Part shown: in pieces, positions 57,872 through 64,000 of the stretch
Numbering within the stretch: the first letter of the stretch is position 1
How the letters are laid out: every line of letters starts with the position of its first letter
Notes under the pieces: generated by a model
Databases searched by the model: none
Seen by the model: only the letters and a program-made list of their open reading frames with translations
Told to the model about the DNA's origin: nothing
Assembly (NCBI GenBank): GCA_012735505.1
Contig: JAAYHE010000081.1
Location: forward strand, 9,461-73,460
DNA from: Bacillota bacterium
GTDB taxonomy: Bacteria > Bacillota > UBA994 > UBA5500
Length of the DNA: 64,000 nucleotides
Direction of reading: 5' to 3'
Made by a program: the position numbers and the translations under genes

Positions 57872-58112
57872 AAATATAAAACCCTCATCCCGGTCAGGGA
57901 CGAGGGTTAACTCGCGGTACCACCCTGCTTATTCCATAAAGGAATCGCTCGTGATGCAGATAACGGCTGCAACCGTGACAGTTGTTACCCTGTCCCCTCG
58001 GGGTTGGCCGACATCTTTTTGATAGAAGACCCTCGCAGCGCCTGATGGCAGATCTCTCTCTGACTATCAAGCAAAATGTCTCGACCCTTCATTGGTTTCA
58101 TATATAGCTTGC
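57872..58112 (-). ncRNA. T-box riboswitch leader controlling the nucleosidase-like gene and alaS
   Basis: Minus strand: AG-rich box AGAGAGAGA, F-box CCGUUA, stem III GAUUCC/GGAAU, T-box GGGUGGUACCGCG, then terminator AACCCUCGUCCC-UGACC-GGGAUGAGGGUU followed by UUUAUAUUU. Confidence 0.7.
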
Positions 58113-58115
58113 ACC

Positions 58116-58145
58116 AATCATACCCAATTAATCAGGCAATTGTCA
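58116..58145 (-). promoter_or_regulatory. Sigma-A-type promoter for the T-box leader
   Basis: Minus strand TTGACA-18-TATGAT. Confidence 0.45.
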
Positions 58146-58146
58146 A

Positions 58147-59220
58147 CTAGCAGCTAATGCGATAGTCCTGCTGCTGCCACAAACTCCATAGGTCGAGAAT
58201 AATCGCAACAATGGGTGCCGCCAAAACCATACCTAGAATACCAGCTAGTTGTGCCCCTAACATGAGGGCAAAAATTAGTAAGAGGGGGTGGATTCCCAAC
58301 TCTCTTCCTAAAATCTGGGGAACCAAGACCGTGCTTTCAAAGTGTTGCACAACCACCTGCACTACTAAAACTTTCAAGCCTAAAACCGGCGCCCGGAGAA
58401 AGCCAAGCAAAATCGAAGGAATAGCAGCGATGACGGGGCCAAAATAAGGAATAAAATTCAACAAAGCCACCAACATCCCTAAGACCAAGGCGTAATCCAT
58501 ATCTACAAGTTTCAGGCCAACAAAGATGAGTCCGCCGGTGGCCAAGCCCACTATTAACTGGCCGCGCACCCAGGCACCCAACTTGGCATCAACCCGACCA
58601 ATTAGCTTCAATACGGTGTGCCTGTACTGCTCCGGGAAAAGATTCAGAGCCGTCTGCTTAATAGCTTCTAGATCTTTGAGCATGTAGAACGATAAAATAG
58701 GAACCAACACAACGGTAACAGCGCTGCTGAAGAAGGATATGGTAAAGTCCATAATAAAGTCTAGAAATGCATCTAGGGCATCCTGCCAGCGCAACAAACT
58801 AGTTTCTATCGATTCCAACAAAAATGGTGGCAAATTAATCTGCGCATACTGCTTTCCCAACTGGTCAAGCCATAATTGGCCGCGTGCCGTTAGATCTGGC
58901 AGTTGCTTCAAAAGGCTGTTTACCTGGGTATAAATACTTGGCAAACCATAAAAACCAAGAAGGAATATGCCCATCACCAATCCCAGATAAACAAGGGAAA
59001 TGGCTACGGTGCGCGGCAACTTGCGCTTTTCCAGGAGTTCCACTAGAGGAGCCAATAGATAAGCCAGCAAGATCGCATACAAAAATGGGGCCAAAGCTGG
59101 CCATAGCTGGGCCCTAATTTTATACAGGAGCAACAGAATTAGGCCGCCAGCAAGCCATTGGAAAATACGAGCTATGTTTTCAGTGAGTTTGGACATTCCT
59201 CCTCCCCCTTTTAACCGCAA
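58147..59220 (-). CDS. AI-2E family transporter (UPF0118/PerM)
   Basis: 357 aa, about 8 TM segments, typical AI-2E length and topology. Confidence 0.8.
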   Translation of the reverse strand: MRLKGGGGMSKLTENIARIFQWLAGGLILLLLYKIRAQLWPALAPFLYAILLAYLLAPLVELLEKRKLPRTVAISLVYLGLVMGIFLLGFYGLPSIYTQVNSLLKQLPDLTARGQLWLDQLGKQYAQINLPPFLLESIETSLLRWQDALDAFLDFIMDFTISFFSSAVTVVLVPILSFYMLKDLEAIKQTALNLFPEQYRHTVLKLIGRVDAKLGAWVRGQLIVGLATGGLIFVGLKLVDMDYALVLGMLVALLNFIPYFGPVIAAIPSILLGFLRAPVLGLKVLVVQVVVQHFESTVLVPQILGRELGIHPLLLIFALMLGAQLAGILGMVLAAPIVAIILDLWSLWQQQDYRISC

Positions 59221-59235
59221 AGCAAATGTCTCCTC

Positions 59236-60273
59236 TTATTGCTCCCGCCAAAAAGCGATTATTTCCTTTAGCACAGCCGCAACTGGCACCGCAAAGAGTA
59301 GGCCAGCAATGCCACCGAACTGGGCGCCCAATAGCAAAGCAAAGATTATTACAAGAGGATGCAGCCCCAACTGCCGCCCCAAGATCTGTGGAGTGATTAG
59401 ATTGCTTTCTAGCTGCTGGGCGATTACCTGCACTGCTAATACCTTAATAAACATGAGTGGTGACCGTAAAAGAGCTAAGAATAGGGCAGGGACGGCGCCG
59501 ATGATCGGCCCGAAATAAGGGATAATATTGGTGACCCCCACTAAGATTCCGAGCACAAGGGAAAAATCCATGCCGACAATCTCCAAGCCGATGAAGGTTA
59601 AGAAGCCAACAATAAAACCCACTGTCAACTGCCCTCGGATCCAAGCCCCTAATTTATCATCGATACGGCTAAAGAGTGCAATCAAGCGCCCTCTATGGCC
59701 ACGGGGTGCCAAGTTTAATAAGCCTTGTTTGATGATTTCAATATCCTTTAGCATATAAAAAGACAGAATCGGTATCAAAATTATGGCCACAACCTGACCA
59801 AACAAACCGATGACAAATTGGGGAATGGCAGTTAACACCCGGTCTAGGTAGCTTTGGATTCTAAGCAAGTTGTTTTGTATAGTTTCTGTCAATGCTGGAG
59901 GCAAATCGATGCGGCTATATTGTTCTTCCAAGTTAAGTATGAAGTCTCGTACCTGGGTCGTAAAGCTGGGGAGTTGTTTCACCAAGACATTAATTTCTTC
60001 TACGATGGCAGGCACAGCATAAATACCAGTCATGACCAAGGCAAAAATGAAAACACTATAGATTATGAATATCGACAAGGTTCGCGGCAACTTGCGCCTT
60101 TCTAAAGCCTGCACAAAAGGAGATAATAGGTATGCCAGCAACAAGGCAAAAAGAAAGGGGGTTAAAGCGGGCAATAGCTGCTCGCGAATGCTATATAAAA
60201 AAACAACACCCGCGGCGATTGCTCCCCAGACCACAAGAGCCCGCGGGTTGGGTTTCCAGCCATAATTGTTCAA
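59236..60273 (-). CDS. AI-2E family transporter (paralog)
   Basis: 345 aa; collinear similarity with the downstream paralog (..LLLAYLLxP.VE.LEKRKLPRT..). Confidence 0.8.
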   Translation of the reverse strand: MNNYGWKPNPRALVVWGAIAAGVVFLYSIREQLLPALTPFLFALLLAYLLSPFVQALERRKLPRTLSIFIIYSVFIFALVMTGIYAVPAIVEEINVLVKQLPSFTTQVRDFILNLEEQYSRIDLPPALTETIQNNLLRIQSYLDRVLTAIPQFVIGLFGQVVAIILIPILSFYMLKDIEIIKQGLLNLAPRGHRGRLIALFSRIDDKLGAWIRGQLTVGFIVGFLTFIGLEIVGMDFSLVLGILVGVTNIIPYFGPIIGAVPALFLALLRSPLMFIKVLAVQVIAQQLESNLITPQILGRQLGLHPLVIIFALLLGAQFGGIAGLLFAVPVAAVLKEIIAFWREQ

Positions 60274-60397
60274 ACCATCGCCTCCTTTCCGCTGTTATAG
60301 CAGCTCAGACGCTAGCCTCTCCGCTTAAGGTAAATTGTGGAGAGAGAGCGTTTTACATCATTATAACCTAAAGTTAGTAGCGTAAGAACCCTGCACA

Positions 60398-60440
60398 ATA
60401 AAAATATGCAAAGACCCCCGCAAATGACTTTGCGGGGGCA
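60398..60440 (-). terminator. Rho-independent terminator after the small-protein cluster
   Basis: GCCCCCGCAAAGUCAUUUGCGGGGGUC followed by UUUGCAUAUUUUUAUU on the minus strand. Confidence 0.5.
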
Positions 60441-60447
60441 AACTTCT

Positions 60448-60639
60448 CTAATTGAATCCCTGCATCATGTGGGAGGCTTTGTCTTTCATCATATCCATCA
60501 TGTCTTCGCCTCGACTCATTAAATCGTTAGCCATACGACGTAGACGCCGTTGCTCTCGGTTGCCCATCGACATGCCGTAATAAGCTCCTAGCACGCCTCC
60601 GATAACCAGCCCAGCTAATAGACCTCGACGCACACTCAT
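60448..60639 (-). CDS. Small membrane protein (YtxH-like?)
   Basis: 63 aa; a G-rich TM helix then a charged tail; RBS AAGGAGGG. Confidence 0.4.
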   Translation of the reverse strand: MSVRRGLLAGLVIGGVLGAYYGMSMGNREQRRLRRMANDLMSRGEDMMDMMKDKASHMMQGFN

Positions 60640-60651
60640 CCCTCCTTATCA

Positions 60652-60840
60652 TCAGATAGTTGGTTGACCCTCAGTTAAGGCAACTAGGGTACCGTCGTCA
60701 GCTACCTCAAACACCTTGGTTCCAGTCTTGCGCCGAGTAAACTCTACACAGCAATCAGAACAATAGTAGTGTTCATGACCAACTTTGCCTACTGCCCTGC
60801 TATTACAACTAGGACAACGCCACATATCCAACCTAAACAC
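60652..60840 (-). CDS. Small zinc-ribbon protein
   Basis: 62 aa; CPSC...CSDCC. Confidence 0.4.
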   Translation of the reverse strand: MFRLDMWRCPSCNSRAVGKVGHEHYYCSDCCVEFTRRKTGTKVFEVADDGTLVALTEGQPTI

Positions 60841-60848
60841 CTCTTTAA

Positions 60849-61376
60849 CTAAGAATCCGGCGGCTCAAAGCCCATACTTAACTGATCAGGGGGCTCCGAT
60901 GTGGCTGGTATAACGATACTTTCTTCCCCCACAATAGGCTGCGTAGGGGCAGGTATCATGGCTGAGCCTTGCAGCAAACTTTGTAGGAGCCCGTCGGAGA
61001 GTGAATAGTGGGAAATACGTCCATCAGACGGATCGAAAAAGACATCATCCAGACTACCGAGTACCTTCCCATCTTCTGTCATAATCTGCCTGCCGAACAG
61101 CACCTCGTCTGTTTGGGCCTCCGGCATGCTCGCTAGCAGAGTTGCTAGTAGCATTGGCTTTTCGCCTTCCTTGAGCAGGATGGCATCTTCCTCCAAAGAG
61201 TGCACTTGCTCAATGGCTATTGCCTGCGGCTGGCGAAAAAGGCTACCTTTATGCACTACTAAGGCCCTCACATAGCCGCAAACTAAGTCGATAACGACCG
61301 ACTTTACCGATGCTAGGCGCTCACCCGTAGCTACAGTCATAACTGGGAGTCCAATGAGATGCCTCACTCTCTGCAT
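60849..61376 (-). CDS. Tandem PRC-barrel domain protein (YlmC/YmxH sporulation family-like)
   Basis: Two PRC-barrel-like segments (LIGLPVMTVATGERLASV..; ..MTEDGKVLGSLDDVFFD..). Confidence 0.5.
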   Translation of the reverse strand: MQRVRHLIGLPVMTVATGERLASVKSVVIDLVCGYVRALVVHKGSLFRQPQAIAIEQVHSLEEDAILLKEGEKPMLLATLLASMPEAQTDEVLFGRQIMTEDGKVLGSLDDVFFDPSDGRISHYSLSDGLLQSLLQGSAMIPAPTQPIVGEESIVIPATSEPPDQLSMGFEPPDS

Positions 61377-61464
61377 GCTGCCGCCTCCCTGCCCATCCCT
61401 ATACTGTTCTAATCCTTATTGTTGCCCACTCACGCTGTAACATACTATGGCCCCCAATACTGCC

Positions 61465-61492
61465 ATAAGAAAAGGCTCCACCATGGGAGCCA
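61465..61492 (-). terminator. Rho-independent terminator after mnmA
   Basis: GGCUCCCAUGGUGGAGCC followed by UUUUCUUAUGG on the minus strand. Confidence 0.5.
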
Positions 61493-61498
61493 GTATTT

Positions 61499-62593
61499 TT
61501 ATTCTATGATGCGTTGAATAGTGCCACCACCTACCACCTTGCGCCCAGCATAGACAACAACCGCCTGACCCGGCGTAGCTGCACGCACCGGTTGTTGGAA
61601 GAAAACGCGCATTTGCCGATCTGGAAGTAATTCTATCTCGCAAGGTACTTCAGCGGCACTATAGCGTATTTTGGCGGCAAGAGGTGGATCCGAATCGGTG
61701 CACGGCCAATAAAGTAAATTTACATCATCAGCTAATAAGCTATACGACCAAACCTCGTCCCTCGTCCCTACTACTACCTCATTTTGTTCGGGACGAATCG
61801 CAATGACATACAAAGGTTCCTCATAGACGATTCCGAGGCCGCGGCGTTGACCGATGGTAAAATTATAAATTCCAGTATGTTGCCCTAACACTTGGCCTGC
61901 CCTGTTCACTATATTGCCAGGCTGACTGGGTAATCCAACCTCATCGCTGAGCCAGCGCCGATAATCGTTATCAGGAATGAAACATATTTCTTGGCTTTCC
62001 TCTTTTTCGGCTGTCGGCAAGTGGTAGCGACGAGCTACTTCCCGCACCTCATCTTTACGCAAATCACCCAATGGGAACAAAATATGGGCGAGCTGTTCTG
62101 GTTTGATATTATACAAGGCATAGGTCTGGTCTTTGTGCTCGTCGGCCGCCTTTTCTATCCAGCAGCGGCCGCTATCGTCGCAAACACGACGCGCGTAATG
62201 GCCAGTGGCTATATAGTCTAAACCGAGAGCTAGTGCTTTTTGTAAAAACAAGTCAAATTTCATGTGCCGATTGCAGGCTATACACGGATTGGGAGTACGA
62301 CCAGCCTTATATTCGGCAATAAACTGTTCAACTATCTGCGTACGAAATGCATCCCGGAAGTTCAGCACATAAAAAGGGATACCCAGGCGGTGAGCCACAC
62401 GCCGCGCATCCTCAACCGAGGCCAACGAACAACACCCTCCAGCTCGCTCATCAGCCGTTTCTGAAGCCCACAAGCGCATCGTAGCACCATATACATCATA
62501 ACCTTGCTCTTGTAGTAAGGCTGCCGCTACTGAACTATCTACGCCGCCGCTCATGGCCACTAACACTCGACCTCGATGCTTACTCTCTGCCAT
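61499..62593 (-). CDS. mnmA: tRNA-specific 2-thiouridylase MnmA
   Basis: VLVAMSGGVDSSVAA PP-loop and catalytic cysteines. Confidence 0.9.
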   Translation of the reverse strand: MAESKHRGRVLVAMSGGVDSSVAAALLQEQGYDVYGATMRLWASETADERAGGCCSLASVEDARRVAHRLGIPFYVLNFRDAFRTQIVEQFIAEYKAGRTPNPCIACNRHMKFDLFLQKALALGLDYIATGHYARRVCDDSGRCWIEKAADEHKDQTYALYNIKPEQLAHILFPLGDLRKDEVREVARRYHLPTAEKEESQEICFIPDNDYRRWLSDEVGLPSQPGNIVNRAGQVLGQHTGIYNFTIGQRRGLGIVYEEPLYVIAIRPEQNEVVVGTRDEVWSYSLLADDVNLLYWPCTDSDPPLAAKIRYSAAEVPCEIELLPDRQMRVFFQQPVRAATPGQAVVVYAGRKVVGGGTIQRIIE

Positions 62594-63216
62594 TACGTTA
62601 CCTCCAATTCGCCTTGACCTCGGGTGATGTCGTTGATGCGCTGCTTTAATTCCGACTCGACTGCAGGACGAATGTGCGCAAAAACCGTTACTTGTTCGCC
62701 ATAATCGATATTATCAATATTACCCCGAAAGCTTTCTACTTCCCGCAAGACATCGCCTAAAGAAGCATAATCTATGTTGCGTATGATCGCTGGCACCATA
62801 ATAATTTCTTCCCGCACTCCGGCTTCGGCGAGGCCAGCCAGGGCTGTTTCGCGATAGGCTCTAATCAGTCCCCCTACACCTAGCTTAACACCACCAAAAT
62901 AGCGGGTGCCTACAACTACCACGTTGGTGAGCCCTTTACCTTCAATGGCCTGCAGCATAGGAGGTCCGGCCGTGTTAACCGGCTCGCCGTCATCGCTGCT
63001 ACGACTGATGCATTGGTCGCCAAAACCTACTTTATAAGCCCAAGCGTTATGGGTGGCATCGGCAAATTCTTGGCTGACCTCTTCAATAAAAGATTTTGCC
63101 TCTAACTCACTTTTTATTTCCTTTACAGACGCAAAAAAACGGCATTGACCGATAGGTATCCGCACCCTTACAGATCGAGCTACAGTCAAAAACTTTTTAG
63201 GCATATCGTTACTCAT
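62593..63216 (-). CDS. YigZ/IMPACT-family (UPF0029) protein
   Basis: ..ATHNAWAYKVG..DDGEP.NTAG matches the IMPACT N-terminal domain. Start at MSNDMPKK. Confidence 0.7.
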   Translation of the reverse strand: MSNDMPKKFLTVARSVRVRIPIGQCRFFASVKEIKSELEAKSFIEEVSQEFADATHNAWAYKVGFGDQCISRSSDDGEPVNTAGPPMLQAIEGKGLTNVVVVGTRYFGGVKLGVGGLIRAYRETALAGLAEAGVREEIIMVPAIIRNIDYASLGDVLREVESFRGNIDNIDYGEQVTVFAHIRPAVESELKQRINDITRGQGELEVT

Positions 63217-64000
63217 TCGCGCCCCTCCTTTCGCTGACCGTAGCATTGCTCCAGCCGACGACGATGAGTATTTTCATAACCACTCTCACTAGGACGATAG
63301 TAGCGACGCCCCAATAGGTTAGAGGGTAGGTACTGTTGTCGCACGAAATGACCAGGATAGTCATGGGGATATTTATAACCTTTGCCATGTCCCAGCTGTT
63401 CGGCCCCCCGATAACTGCTATCGCGCAAATGGACAGGTACCGGTTCGTTTTTTTCGTTGGCAACATCGTTTAAAGCAGCGTCTATAGCTAAAGTGACAGC
63501 ATTTCCCTTAGGAGCACAAGCTATATAGGTTACCGCCTGCGCTAAAGGGATACGAGCCTCGGGCCACCCCACCATGTTAGCGGCTTGCGCAGCCGCCACT
63601 GCAAGCAAAAGAGCATTTGGGTCGGCGTTGCCCACGTCTTCGGCAGCACAAATAATAATGCGGCGGGCAATAAAGTCGGGATCCTCTCCGGCCTTGATCA
63701 TCCGTGCTAACCAATAAAGTGCAGCGTCGGGATCGCTACCGCGCATTGACTTAATAAAGGCCGAAATCGTGTCGTAATGTGCATCACCGTTCTTATCATA
63801 AGCTAGAATCCGCTCCTGCGTCGACTCGGCTGCTATATCTGCGGTTATTCGCCGTACACCCATAGAATCAGGTGCAGTCGTCAGCACAGCTAATTCCAGG
63901 GCATTGAGAGCAGAACGTGCATCCCCGTTAGCAACGCGAATAAAGTGGGCAACAGCTTCTTCGCTAAGCTCGACCTGATATTGCCCTAAACCCCGCTCTT
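63213..64000 (-). CDS. rarA: Replication-associated recombination protein A (RarA/MgsA); 3' part only, gene continues past the window end
   Basis: The C-terminal MgsA domains (..DAHYDTISAFIKSMRGSDPDAALYWLARM..EDVGNADP..) are present. The AAA+ module lies beyond 64000. Confidence 0.8.
   Translation of the reverse strand, partial: ERGLGQYQVELSEEAVAHFIRVANGDARSALNALELAVLTTAPDSMGVRRITADIAAESTQERILAYDKNGDAHYDTISAFIKSMRGSDPDAALYWLARMIKAGEDPDFIARRIIICAAEDVGNADPNALLLAVAAAQAANMVGWPEARIPLAQAVTYIACAPKGNAVTLAIDAALNDVANEKNEPVPVHLRDSSYRGAEQLGHGKGYKYPHDYPGHFVRQQYLPSNLLGRRYYRPSESGYENTHRRRLEQCYGQRKEGRE

Overview
This 64 kb window looks like chromosome from a spore-forming, anaerobic Firmicute (Clostridia-type), roughly 52% GC. 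Nearly all genes sit on the minus strand and follow well-known Bacillus/Clostridium housekeeping synteny; only two genes are on the plus strand. Reading the minus strand 5'->3' (high to low coordinate) the content is: rarA (partial), yigZ and mnmA; a run of small proteins plus a tandem PRC-barrel protein; two tandem AI-2E transporters; a T-box leader, then an MTA/SAH-nucleosidase-like gene translationally coupled to alaS; ireB, an aldo-keto-reductase/ferredoxin fusion, ruvX, a DUF1292 protein, mltG and a U32 peptidase; a DEAD-box helicase; a DUF3810 putative metallopeptidase; an uninterrupted pro-sigma-K gene; yqeG; a complete type IV pilus cluster (pilB-pilT-pilC-pilA-pilD-pilM-pilN-pilO plus minor pilins) interleaved and translationally coupled with the shikimate genes aroE, aroK and aroB; an M14 peptidase, aroQ, pepP and efp; a class II aldolase-like gene with rex; an electron-bifurcating-type [FeFe]-hydrogenase operon (NuoF-like, HydA and NuoE-like subunits) followed by a sensory HydS-type hydrogenase and a PP2C phosphatase; an orphan processive GT2 glycosyltransferase, cobO and a membrane protein; HAD and flavin-reductase genes; a patatin gene; the full spoIIIAA-AH operon; asp23, nusB, a Kae1/TsaD-like paralog, xseA, xseB and ispA (partial). 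The two plus-strand genes are an orphan trpB behind a T-box leader and a circularly-permuted-ATP-grasp-like gene divergent from a DksA/TraR-type zinc-finger gene across a 270-nt structured spacer. I found no rRNA, tRNA, CRISPR array, transposase or integrase. The most noteworthy items are the two T-box leaders (one carrying an extra nucleosidase gene ahead of alaS), the HydS-PP2C hydrogen-sensing module, the pilus/shikimate gene fusion and the uncharacterised divergent locus at 10.5-12.5 kb.
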